A stretch of 64,000 nt of DNA from Eledone cirrhosa (lineage: Eukaryota). Position numbers and translations under genes: made by a program. Below the pieces are notes generated by a model. The model did no database searches, had not been told where the DNA came from, and saw only the letters and a list, made by a program, of their open reading frames with translations. The stretch lies in assembly GCA_964016885.1 (NCBI GenBank), contig OZ024747.1:6014001-6078000 (forward strand), in the 5' to 3' direction. Shown piece by piece: positions 24,964 to 36,523 of this stretch (the stretch's first letter is position 1; every line of letters starts with the position of its first letter).

Positions 24964-25898
24964 TCTATATATGTATAGATATAAATATGTAGTATATGAC
25001 CGGTAAGTTTTTTAAAAGCTGGTACAATGCGGTAGAAAATAGGCAGGCCAAATGATGGTAAATGAAACAAAGTAATGTTTTACCCAGTATATTTTGGCAT
25101 ATTTTGGGGCTATTACCCTCTTTTCTTCTGTAACAGTTCCTATATGTTGGAAAATATATGCGCATGCGCGGGGTTGCTATAGTAATCATTCCGCCTCGTG
25201 CCTTTCTTATCTATTTTTTTTTTTTTTTACTTTAATTGGCCGATTGAAAACTCAAATCGTTCGTTTGTCTTATCTAGGAGTTTCAGCTTCATATCTGAAA
25301 AGAGGGTTATAGCTCTGAAATATCATAGACTGAGTAAAATATTACTTTCTTTAGCTTCATTTACCATCATTTACTCCCCTTCGTATTTTCTACCACATTT
25401 AAAAAACTTAGTCATTTACTACATATATCACAATGTTTCGTATTAACTTCTCTCTCTCTCTATAGAGAGAGAGAGAGAGAGAGGGGGGGGGGATAACCGA
25501 GACTGCATCAATGTATATATAAACATGCCAGAAAATAGGAATTTCCCTGTAAATTGAAAGATTTTCGGACCTTGTTAGACTCTCAACAGAAGGCATGTAT
25601 ATCAACCAAACAACCACAAGGAAACACGCATTTGATGGGTTTATATACCCTTTCACTCTTAGTATTATTATAGTGTACTTCTTAATATATATCTTAAGAA
25701 GAGTTAAGTTAACTAATGAAGACATATTTCGTCCTTGGGAGACTTTTCTTGCATTATCAATAACAGGCACCAGAGAAGCCATGTTTCATCTGATTTTCAA
25801 GTAAATTCGGTTTCTTTATTTTTCTTTTTTTTTTCCATATGATTCAAATTTATTTTATTTGTATTAAAATATGTTTGTTTTTCATTTATATTTTGTAG

Positions 25899-26649
25899 AT
25901 ACTTTACATCTAACTTGTCATATCAAAATGGAAAAATACAAATTTTGAAAGCACATCTTAACTGCAATTTTCGTAACACTTTTGTGAACACGTTACAGGA
26001 CAGAGGCCCCGGGGGGTGCAGCACTTGTAACAATTTTTATATTTGTCTTAGTAAAATCAAAAGTAATTTGAAATATAAACAATGCCTGCCCAAATTACGA
26101 AAGGTTTGTAGTTCAGCTAATATCAGGATTGCTAAAGTAATCCGTCTTGAAATGAATTTAGTATCAAATTTACTACAGTCGGATTCAAGCCTGAAGGTTA
26201 TCCATCTTGTTAGAGACCCACGTGGTATTTTGAACTCTCGTTTAAGGCTCGGGAAAGTTAGCCTCTTATCACTTAACGGAAAATCAAAAGTACTCTGTGG
26301 GCAAATATATAAGAATATTATGAAAAGTATTAAACTAAAAGACAATCCAGAATTTAGTGGGAGAATAAAAACGCTTTATTATGAAAATCTTGCTGAAAAT
26401 CCCTTTCTTGTTTCGAAAGACCTGTTCAATTTTCTTCATATTCCATTTACAAAACACGTTGAAAAATGGATACACACAAACATGATGGGAACAAATTCAA
26501 ACAGAGATCCATACGGCGTTGCGCATAAAAATTCCAGTGATCTTGCTCGTAAATGGCGTTTAAGGGTTTCTTATAATTTTACTAAAATTGTGGACGAAAA
26601 TTGTTCTTTTCTGTATAAACTGCTTCCGCAAGGAATCAAAACACCGTAA
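25899..26649 (+). CDS. Carbohydrate sulfotransferase, terminal catalytic exon
   Basis: tttgtAG acceptor matches the phase-2 donor at 21584; IAKVIRL, LKVIHLVRDPRGILNSR (3'-PB motif), YYENLAENP, KWR; stop TAA. Confidence 0.93.
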
Positions 26650-27149
26650 AGATTTTTTTTAAATAAATCATTTCTATTATTATTTCGTTGGTTGTTTATT
26701 CTTCGTGGACTCATTAATGTAAAAAGTCGCCAATCAAGATTCATTTGTTGATAACCGTTGCTTAAATGTACTGGTAATATTGTCATTCATGAATATGTCT
26801 ACCTGTTTTTTATGCAAACATATTTCTGTTTAATAAATCTAGATAATCAGAACATTCAACATATTTTTCTTTGACTATATGTTTACCTAATTAAGGCAGG
26901 ACTCAATAGTGTTGATGTCAATATCCCATCGATCTTAGGGGAAATTTGTTTCAGGGAAACGTAGTATCTCATTACATGCCTTTCAATATTTAAAAGCTAC
27001 AGAGTAACATGTAAAATGCCGGTTGAACAATGAAAAAATATATGAAACACACACCCATCCATGCATGCATTCACACACATACAGGCGCGTACATACACGC
27101 AGATACATACACAATCGAGAAGAAAAAAAAGATTCTACTTGCACCTCCT

Positions 27150-28080
27150 CTCATTTTGACACCCCACCATGAAAACCACAACATCACTGGCAAAAAGGAT
27201 CTGGCAGCTAAAAGAAAATAGACCTGTGACACCACATGGAAAGTGCTTGAAAAGACAACGCGTTACAAAAGCGGAAGCAAGAAATGCTCGCTCTGCGTGA
27301 GAAAAAAGTATCTTACAGGGTTTATACTCATCTGATATATACCTCAACTCAAAGACAGAAGTCTACAGATCTTGCTTGCATCAAAAGGCCCACTTTTTAT
27401 CCAACTGGAAACCCACACCGCAAGGCACCATCTCACCAGACCTCCTGAATTCTCCATGACACTAACCTCCTCTAGAACCCTTCAACGAGCGCACCACAAA
27501 CGCACACAAAATAACGGCTTGTTGAAAGAGACCTTAAGATTACATCATACTACAACCAACGATCACGCTTACGAGCAACCTTCTAATTTTCAGAATTTAA
27601 GTTTGGACAAACATTAATCAGGACACAAGATTTGTGAGTGACTATACATACACACATATATGTGTGTATGTGTGCATATGTATACATGTATCAACGCGCA
27701 CATGTCTGTGGTTTTTAGAATCTTTAATAATTTGTTATATATATATGTGTATAATTATTTGTATTTTTATCTTATATACTTCTACCTTAATTACTTTAGC
27801 TATTTACAAAATAAATGATAAATCAAAAGTTGCCTCCCTCGATCACCCGAGGGGACAAAAAAGCAAAAGCACCTTTAAAAAACTTTAAAAATTAGTCTAT
27901 AAACAGATTTGCCTCCCTTGTTTTAAATATGAAGATCTCCATCGTTTGGAGAGAGAAAAAATCGTCGATGGAAAATGCTTCCCTTTTCATATATCTGTCC
28001 ACGTGCCCGAAGAAGAGGCCAGTTTGAAAGTGCCTCCATCAATATATAGTGGTAGCCATAATTGGACACTGAAACCAATG
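27150..28080 (+). mobile_element. Penelope-like element 3' end (endonuclease C-terminus, 3' region and hammerhead-like end)
   Basis: About 27231-27400 translates TTWKVLEKTTRYKSGSKKCSLCVRKKYL..LNSKTEVYRSCLH, similar to the PLE C-terminal W..L..Y..GSK.C.LC..EK..LNKR.E..C.H; CCGAAGA..GAAAC at about 28007-28075. Confidence 0.6.
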
Positions 28081-28120
28081 GTAGCACATACATGTTAAGT
28101 GTATGAAACTTCGTTTAAAC

Positions 28121-30541
28121 CAGGGGTTCCCAACCTTTTTGTCGTTATCGCCCACTTTTCCACACACAAAAATTCCCATCGCCCACCTGTGCAGTAATTT
28201 TAAGGACGCCAAAATAAAGCATTATTCAGAATGGTTGCTTAAAAAATGAAATATTTATTGAGATGAAATATTGCAAAATGGGGATTCGGAGTTGAAACGT
28301 TATTCAGAAGAGTGAAGTTTTTGATTATTAAATGTTTCTCAATGAAACAAAATTGAAAAATGATACATGTATTAAATGTTCAACAAACTCACCATGTTTA
28401 GTTTTCAGTGTGATCCTTGAGGCTGATGCGACGCAGTTAGTGCAGACACATTTGGTTGCAAACTTGTCAATTTTAATCGCAAGTCTCCTCGTTTGGCTAC
28501 ATCCAGTCCACTTCTGCTTTTAGAAAGTAAAGTACCAACGTGACTGAAACCAGATTCGACCAAGTACAATGTTGGGAAGGCAAGCAAAATTAATTTCAAA
28601 TGCTTCCATAGGTTGGGGTAAGAATTCAATATACTTTGATGATACCACAAGCCTTCTTTGCCATGAAGCCGATATCGCATTGTGGCCTCATTATCATTTT
28701 GCAATTCAATTAGTTCCTCCTGAACGTCGTCCTCGCAATAGACTGCTTGAACTGCAAACAGATTGCTATACCAATTTGGAATATTCAATGTAATAACATC
28801 TTGAAATCGCAATGATTGTAGATAGTCACGATAGATAACGATATCCTCGTCAACCAATTCATCTTTCAAAGAATCCAGTTGTGGAAATTGATGCAATTGA
28901 CGTTTGGAAATGTTTATTTTATACAGGACCAATTTCGAAATGAAGGCGGTGATAAATGATTTACAGTCGACAAGAGTTTTTTGCTTTCCTTGCAACAACT
29001 TAATCAAATCATTAAGTTTAGTGAATATATCGCTCAGAAAAAAAATATCGCACTTTGCAGCAATCAATGAAGCCGACAGAGGAGTACTTTCAAAGAAAGA
29101 TATGATCACATGAAACAGTTCAACAAAGCGAACAACATAGTTGCTCTTTGACAGCCATCGTACTTCGGTATGGTACAAAAGACTAACAAAATCATCATCA
29201 TTATCGAGACACAGTTGACGGAAAATTCGATCAGACAAGGAATTTGGTTTCAGTTTATTCAGTCTTGATAACCAACTGCAGTGCATCATTCATATTTTTT
29301 GCCACTAAATGTTGTCGGTGTATCACACAATGAACTGTTAAAATCTGTTGAGAAATTTCACGCTTTAGGAGAGATGAAAAACCTCTGTATCTCCCAACCA
29401 TGGAAGGGACCCCATCAGACGTACAGGCAATAATTTTGGTCAGTGGGATATGATGTTCAGAAAGGAAACGCTTAAGCATATCGAAAATAGATGTACCTTT
29501 TGAATCAAGCAGCAAGTTCTCTGTGAACAGCATTTCCTCACAAGGTTAAAGGTATCCATTGAAATATCGAACATACACCATCATCAAACATTGGTCATCT
29601 ATAACAGTTGACTCATCCACTTGTATAGAAAATTCAGAACACTGGAGAATTTACATGAGTTGATGTTTGACATCGGTGGCCATTTCATCTATTCGTCGAG
29701 AAATTGTATTGTTACTAAGTGGAATTTTCTTGATAATTGTGTCGGACTTCTCGTGCATTACAGTCGACAGAACTTCTTCAATGACAGGTCGAAGCAATGT
29801 TTCTCCTATAGTGTGAGACTTCCCAGTCTTTGTGACCAGTAATGCAATATTGTACGACGCAATCATACCGTCATTTTCCTATACAGTTGCTTCCCTAAAC
29901 ACCGTGTTCAGTGTTTTCCGCTTTTCGAAAGAGGCCTTAAGTTGCAAAAAATATGACAACGGTTTGTCTTTTTTGTCAGAATGCTTGGAATGAAAATGAT
30001 ATTTCAAGCGTGATGGCTTCATGGCTCAAAGTTTGCTGGCATAGAAGACACATGGGTAATTGACAGTTCTGAGGAGAAGCAATAAATCCATATGATAAAT
30101 AATCAATACTGTACTGGCGACAAGATTTCTTTACCGGAGGCATCAGGGAAGTTAAAATTCGAAAAAAGAATTGAGAGGCGGAATCGGCGAAGGCAGAAAT
30201 TCACGATGCTCGACAACAGCAGTGTTAACACGTTTTACCGTTGGTCTTGCGTCATCACCTGCTTTAGCTTACCGATGCACGCGTCCAATGTGAGCTGTTG
30301 GGCAGCCGTAAACTGCTAGACATGAATCAGTTGAAAACAGATGAATTACAGTCATACAGCTGGATACTACTTCCTTAGTATAGACTAGGGAAGAGCGAAT
30401 CTGAGCTCTGTGATTACAGCATACCGGCCATTATATGATCAATAACATACTTAATTACCGAAAATCCTTTGTCGCCACCAAAATTTTAGATTGCCCACCA
30501 TTTCCTAAAAATTCGTTCATCGCACAGGTTGTGAAACCCTA
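28121..30541 (-). mobile_element. hAT (Buster/Charlie-type) DNA transposon, complete ends, decayed transposase
   Basis: TIRs CAGGGGTTCCCAACCT / AGGTTGTGAAACCCTA; 8-bp TSD GTTTAAAC / GTTTATAC; internal ZBED8/SCAND3-like transposase fragments. Confidence 0.92.
28405..30110 (-). pseudogene. Frameshifted Buster-type transposase
   Basis: Motifs MKPSRLK.HF, K.HTIGETL, IPLSNNTISRRI, TSDGVPSMVG, HCVIHRQHL, HTEVRWLS, FPTLYLVESGFS, RGDLRLKLT, HQPQGSH spread across several frames. Confidence 0.9.
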
Positions 30542-30615
30542 GTTTATACTAAATAAGCTCTCTTGCAACAGCTTGAGCAGTTTTCCTTGATCTTTCATCT
30601 ACGGATTTCTACACT

Positions 30616-30693
<78 letters not shown>

Positions 30694-31088
30694 GACCTGT
30701 TATTTTTATCTAAAGACATTTTTTCCGATGACTTTTTCGTGGCAATATAAATTTTTTCACGCTTTTTAACGCTAAATTATTAATAATATACCGTATTTGC
30801 CAGCCTATTTTACGATATGTTTTGACGTTCATAGGTAATTTTATTTTATGGACCACGTCCAATATTCGCGGTTGCTCAAGGAACGTAGCCCCCGCGAACA
30901 ACTGTATATACGCCTGACTACCCATCTATCTTTCTGAAAGAATTTGTAATTCTTTTTATATATCAGAGTCATCCCCCCTTATGAGATTACATAGAATATT
31001 TCAACCATGAATTCTGTCCCCTAAAGTAACTATGAGTTATTTTCCCTTACGTAGTTCTACATATTTCGCTCTTTCTCATTCTTTAGAT

Positions 31089-31347
31089 CAGGCTTGGACA
31101 ACCTTTTTCGAGAAGCGGGCCGCATTAGATATGGTTCATCATCAGGCAGGCCGCAAGCGCTAATTTAGATTCGTGCCCACATTAAAAAAAAGAGTGGTAA
31201 CTCAGGATCTTTTGATTTGTTTCTTCAGAATTCGTACATGTTGTTTTCCTCGATCGTAAAAAAGATAGAAAGATAAATTACGACTGAAAAGTTGGGGTAA
31301 AATAATCAGAAAGATTTCACTTGGGTGACGTAGGTTGCCCATGACTG
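31089..31347. mobile_element. hAT-type MITE
   Basis: TIRs CAGGCTTGGACAACCT / AGGTTGCCCATGACTG; 8-bp TSD CTTTAGAT / CTTTAGAA. Confidence 0.8.
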
Positions 31348-31708
31348 CTTTAGAACATATTGGAAATTAATCACAACTTATGAAAATATAGTCATAAATG
31401 GGTTAAATGAATAATATAGTCATAAATGGGTTAAATGAATAATTTCTTAAAATTGTAGTTAACACTTGCGGACCAGAGAAGACACAACAACTGGAAGGTT
31501 AAAAAAATATTTTAAAATTTAATATTGAAATTAAATCTAAGTATCAAGGGCGGTGCCCCAGCATGGCCTCAGCCGGATGGCTGGAACAGGTAAAAGAGTA
31601 AGTGATAACCTCATTTCATACTAACAATGTTTTCTGTGCGACTATCACAGACAACAGAATTGAAAAGATATAGAAAACACATGTATTACTTGTTTTAGTA
31701 CAATTGTA

Positions 31709-32042
31709 CACTCTGGGGTCCCAAATAATAGGGCGGTGGGGGGTCGGTAGTTTTTCTAGGTTGGTTCCGTTGATTTGTTTAAAAACCAGAATTAGTTATT
31801 TCGAGACCACAACCCATCCTATTTATTTTATAACAATTCCTATTAATGGACTTTTTTATGTCATGTATAAAGAAAATTAATTGTTACAGGAATGCTACCA
31901 CTTAAAATTTTACCAGAGATAGATTAGCAAAAATTAATAAGAATGAGGGGGGGGGGGGGATAAGAGCGGAGGTTTAGAAAAAGAAAAAATCTGAAAAAAA
32001 AAAGATAAGCGAAGGAGGACGATTATTTGAGACCCAAGAGTA
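31709..32042. mobile_element. MITE with ACTCT(C/G)GGGTC(C/T)CAAATAAT termini
   Basis: Inverted ends at about 31710 and 32022-32042; related copies at about 11691-11960, 17928-18200 and 43765-43950. Confidence 0.7.
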
Positions 32043-32622
32043 GTTGTGGTCGATTTTCAGATTAGACTCTACCCCAGTGCCCTAAAGCAAGTCACTTCAT
32101 TTCACACGAGTCCATCAGTCATGTAGTTAACCTTGCAACTGCTTGGCATGATGAGGATGTGCAGGTCTATACATATATCTATGCTTGCATCAGTTGGATG
32201 AGTCATCTTCAGCATAACCACCTCCTCCTCCTCCTCACAGCATTCTTTACATCATCCTAGGTCTTCCACTACTGCAGCTTCCCTCCACTTCTTGTGTTCA
32301 TTACCTTCTTGACGTTCTATGTTTTCAGATCTAACCACATCTGCCTAGGTGTGTACATTCATAAGAATATACATACACACATATAAGGATGTATGTGTAC
32401 ATATATACACACTTTGATTATAGTTGTTTGGCTCAGAACAGCAGCCTCACGACAAAAAGTGTTCAGCTGTAACCATCCCATCTTTAATCTGAGAATTAAT
32501 TACTCATCCAGTGTATCCTTCCTTTATAACAATAAGGTGTATGTAATTTAAGGGTCATTTGACTATTATTTCTAACAGACTGACTGACAACATAGAGACT
32601 CCTGTTGAGAGCAAAGCTAAAG

Positions 32623-33384
32623 TTATAGTTCAGATTTGTGATCTCTCTCTGATGTGAATAATTTCCAAACTCTCTGATATTCTTCTGCGACTTCCTTGGC
32701 TGTGGGTCGTAGATGTGGTTCATCGTGTTGACACTGGTTGTGCATGTGAAGCAGATGCAACTTCAACACGACGGCATCTGAAGAAAAGCCCAACAAATAA
32801 CTACACACACTTGGTATCTTCCAAATATCAGATTTCTCATCATAAGGTGGCATGTCATCGTCGGAAAATTCCCTCTCTGGATAGGGCCACAACTGCTCAG
32901 GAGCCACAAACTCACCCCCAATTTCTCGATGACCACATTTGATGAACTGGTTCTGTTTGTGGTTCACTTCAGGAAGAGCATCAAGGTCATTGATGACCAA
33001 TCGGAGGTCAGAACGCAGCAAGAACTGACTGAGGGTTTTGTTTAAGTCATTAGAATCACACATTACTCGTGTACCAAGTGGACTGGAGTGCAGATAGGTA
33101 AGGATGTTTACATAATCCATACACAGCTGGTAGCGCAGTTGGATCGTATCGTGTAGCATGTATTCTTTGGATTCAAGGAGGTGAAACAGGTGGTTGGCAG
33201 ACTTGAGTGGATGGAATTCAGTTAGATAATATTTGTCACAATGACCAATCAACTGGATTACATGAGGGTGAGGCTGGAATGCTGTGATCATAGTCAAGCC
33301 ATGTTGAAAATCTAACAGATATTCATTTTCTCCAATAGCTTCATTCATAATAAAGGTGTGGTTCTGCCAATGAGCTTCATACAC
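32623..33384 (-). CDS. POMK: Protein O-mannose kinase (SGK196), last coding exon
   Basis: ctacAG acceptor; LTEFHPLKS, YLHSSPLGTRVMCDSNDLNKTLSQFLL, NDLDALPEV, KCGHRE..GEFVAPEQLWPY, YDEKSDIWKIP are characteristic POMK motifs. Confidence 0.95.
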   Translation of the reverse strand: MYEAHWQNHTFIMNEAIGENEYLLDFQHGLTMITAFQPHPHVIQLIGHCDKYYLTEFHPLKSANHLFHLLESKEYMLHDTIQLRYQLCMDYVNILTYLHSSPLGTRVMCDSNDLNKTLSQFLLRSDLRLVINDLDALPEVNHKQNQFIKCGHREIGGEFVAPEQLWPYPEREFSDDDMPPYDEKSDIWKIPSVCSYLLGFSSDAVVLKLHLLHMHNQCQHDEPHLRPTAKEVAEEYQRVWKLFTSERDHKSEL

Positions 33385-34186
33385 CTGTAGATAGAAAAAA
33401 ACCCAGAAAAATTAATGAAAAATAAATTAAATGAAATTCCATAATTAATTCTATTGAAACATTATTTCAATTTAATTAATGAAGAATTTTGAGGTATTTA
33501 TTAATTATTTAATTACTAAAATAGTAACTTAATGTATGGTTCTTATATAATCATATTTTGGGAAGATTTTAATCTAAATAAAATTGGTAGTTTTGCTTCT
33601 TAGAACCAGAGCCAGATTCGGTCAAGTTGCAATCAAAAGGGTTAAATAGGAACCCTTTAAAATGGGTTTTGTTTCATGGAACCAGAGCTGGGTTGGTTTT
33701 AAAATGGTTAATGATGAATTTTGAAAGAATTACTAAAATTATTATTTCATTACTAAAACAGTATCTTGACATATGATTCTAATATAAAATTATGTTGGAA
33801 GGATATTTAATTTAAATGGGTGTGGTTTATCATGGCACCAGCACTACCACTTTAAATATGTGTGTGTGTATTTGTTTCCATACTAACATGCTCAATTGTT
33901 CTGAAAAATTTAGGCACCAACTTCCACTCCAAAAGAAAGTTTTTTTTGTGGTTATATAATTATCTTCACCCTTATGACAAGTTAGCTGTGAGATTGTTTT
34001 TCAAAAAATCAAAAAAAAAAAACCCAAAACCAATGGGTGACATAAGTAAGATATGTGTGACTTACCTATGAAAGGTTGCTTTAAACCTCAAATCCAGCTG
34101 GCCCCTATAATCCAGAAAGTTTACCTTTCTTGACACATAGTTACTAAGGCTGACTTCAATGAAAAATTTCAGAATATTTCATTTAC

Positions 34187-34459
34187 CATTTTGCTAAGTC
34201 CAGTAGCAATGCTGTGTCCAGTGGTAATCTCAGTATCAAAAACTTCACATGTGAGCCATTGGTGGCAGGATTCCATCCCAATAACTGCAAAATAACCAGC
34301 AGGACAAGTGGGACGACACACTTGCTTGTTAAGTAAGATATCTTGGTAGCAGAGTTGTAAACGAGGAGGTTCCGGTAATATTGTTTGACCATGGCCAGTT
34401 TCTTCTTGTAGAAATAATAGCAGCAATATATACAGACCACTTGTGACAGTAGGGAACAT
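34187..34459 (-). CDS. POMK: POMK first coding exon (hydrophobic N-terminus, CPAGYF..C..WLTC)
   Basis: ATG directly after a ttccAG acceptor; GTAAAT donor, phase 0, joins GLSKM to VYEAHW. Confidence 0.9.
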
Positions 34460-34549
34460 CTGGAAAAACCAAAGAAAATAACATTTGCTGCAATAAGATG
34501 AAGAATTTAAGTCTCCACTGCCACATTCAACAATAAAACTTGTAACAAG

Positions 34550-35012
34550 TATGAGGGTCAGCTGAAAAGTTCATAGGCTGACCAAGATACTCTCACGGAC
34601 TATGACCAAATGAGGTTTATTTTTCAACATAGTCCCCCTTGCGGTCCACACACTTCTTTCTTTGGTGTTGCAACGCTTGGATCATTTGGTGAAGAAGCTT
34701 TTTTCCTGTTGGTGAAAATATCATCAACAGCAGATACGTCATCTCTGTGATACTGGTTCCCAGCCAAGTGTTTTCTCATGTTGGGGAACAGATGATAGTT
34801 AGATGGGGCCAAATCAGGAAAATAGGGAGAGTGATCAACCAGTTCAAAGTCAGTCACACACTGCAGTCATTGAAATCAAGAACTCGTGGGCTAGAGCATT
34901 GTCCTGATGAAACAAGACACTTTTCATCAGTTTTCCTGGGCGTTTGGCCATGACAGCCTTTTGTAACTGCATTATCAGGTTGGCATACTACTCTCCATTG
35001 ATGGTGTGGCTC
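34550..35012 (-). mobile_element. Mariner transposon 3' fragment in POMK intron
   Basis: HSPYFPDLAPSNYHLFPNMRKHLAG (YSPDLAP.D motif); terminus TATGAGGGTCAGCTGAAAAGTTC, similar end repeated at about 40507-40590. Confidence 0.85.
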
Positions 35013-35149
35013 ATTGAGGAAGAATCAACCCAGTATTTGACTGGTAGTTTTTTTATCAACCATGACAGAATGAAAGACAAAGCTCACTGTGACAGGATTT
35101 GAACTCACAGCAGAGCCAGAACGATTCCACCAATTAACTACACTAAGAG

Positions 35150-35660
35150 GCTACTTCTTCCCCCATTTATTCCTTATAGGGTCATGGGGACAAAGTCCTC
35201 AAATACTCCTTCCAGCAGATCCGGCTGAATTCCCAAGTGAGACCAACCAAGTTCATGAATGTTATCCAACAATCTTGCTCAGGGTCTACCGCTGCTTCTC
35301 CTGTCGGTTGGTTTTGCCCGTAAAATCTACCCAGTGATTATTTCCTGAGACATTCTAACGACATGTCCGTAATATCAGAGTTATGATCTCTTAATTCAGA
35401 GAAGTAGAGGCTTTACCTGAAGCGACTCTGATCTCCAAGCTATGCACTTTATCGAGTAACATTACTCCAAAGACCCTTCAGAGGAACCCCATTTTGGCCG
35501 CTTGTATTCGCGATTGTATTCTTTCGGTCATAACACATGATTCAGAATCGACACGAATACCAAATTGAAGATAGCAAGTTTGGCTTTTCCACCTATCTCC
35601 CTTCTTCTGATTACCGAATGCAGAAGCCGGCGTATTACTGCACCAGCTCCTGTAATTCTT
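35150..35660 (-). mobile_element. Degraded RTE-like LINE 3' fragment
   Basis: Minus-strand peptide ..SESCVMTERIQSRIQAAKMGFL typical of RTE ORF2 C-terminus. Confidence 0.6.
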
Positions 35661-36169
35661 GCCTGACACTTAGCATAGACTTTACCGGGGAAACGCATGG
35701 CTTAGTGGTAAGGTTGTTGGACTTACGATCATAATGTCGTGGGTTCGATTCCTGGGCTGGATTGCGTGTTGTGTTCTTGAGCAAAACACTTCATTTCACA
35801 TTGTTCCAGTATACTCAGCTGTAAATGAGTACCAGCAATAGCTGGAGGTTTAACACTGCGATGGCCTGGCGTCCTATCCAGGGGGGAGTTATGTACTCTC
35901 AGTCGCTTCGCGCCATGAAACCGGGATAAGAGTATCTAAACTATAATAAAGGAAGTTTGATTTAATTTATTTTGAAAGAAAGCCAAATTAGATCTATTAC
36001 ATTCCTCATAATTATTGATTCCCCATTCTTAATTACACAACTTTTCTCCACTCTTGCACGTCCTGCAGGCCGTGCGAATTTACCATCTTTACTGCATAAT
36101 TTGTTATGGCCATAAGTTTCTCCGTATTCTGGAGTTTTTACCTTGACTATGAAGAAGTTATTAAATTTA

Positions 36170-36523
36170 AAATACTCACCTTTGCTATTTGTGGGTATCA
36201 CTGTAATATCATCTGAAAATTGTGAAACACAGATAAACATGAAGAGATGCGACAAATAAGGAATCGTTTTAGCTTTAGTTTCGTATTCATTCTTGGATAT
36301 TTTATTTGTTTATTAGTTATGTTGTATATTTGTTCGATGTATAATTAATGAAATATTTATTTATTTTATAATAATTATTTTAAAACAAATATCTAAATGC
36401 AATTTAAAATGAAAAACAGCACAACGGAGTACGGCTGTGGAAGAGAAATTTAGGTAGCTGGCTTTACTTGCTTGGCTTGTTCTTTTACGTCGGCCATTGA
36501 GTTTATTGGAGAAACGCGTAAGT
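36170..36523. promoter_or_regulatory. Putative bidirectional promoter POMK/RPL26 with non-coding first exons
   Basis: Minus-strand donor AG/GTGAGT at about 36180; plus-strand pyrimidine start TTCTTTT at about 36480 followed by GTAAGT donor at 36518; locally more CpG. Confidence 0.65.

Noticed and set aside
31547-31600. Short GC-rich motif GCGGTGCCCCAGCATGGCCTCAGCC..GGCTGGAAC also at about 19400 and 37222
   Set aside because: Best explained as solitary 3' tails of a retroposon family, each followed by an A-rich tail
35688-35760. tRNA-like A/B boxes
   Set aside because: Continues into a SINE body, so it is a SINE head rather than a tRNA gene
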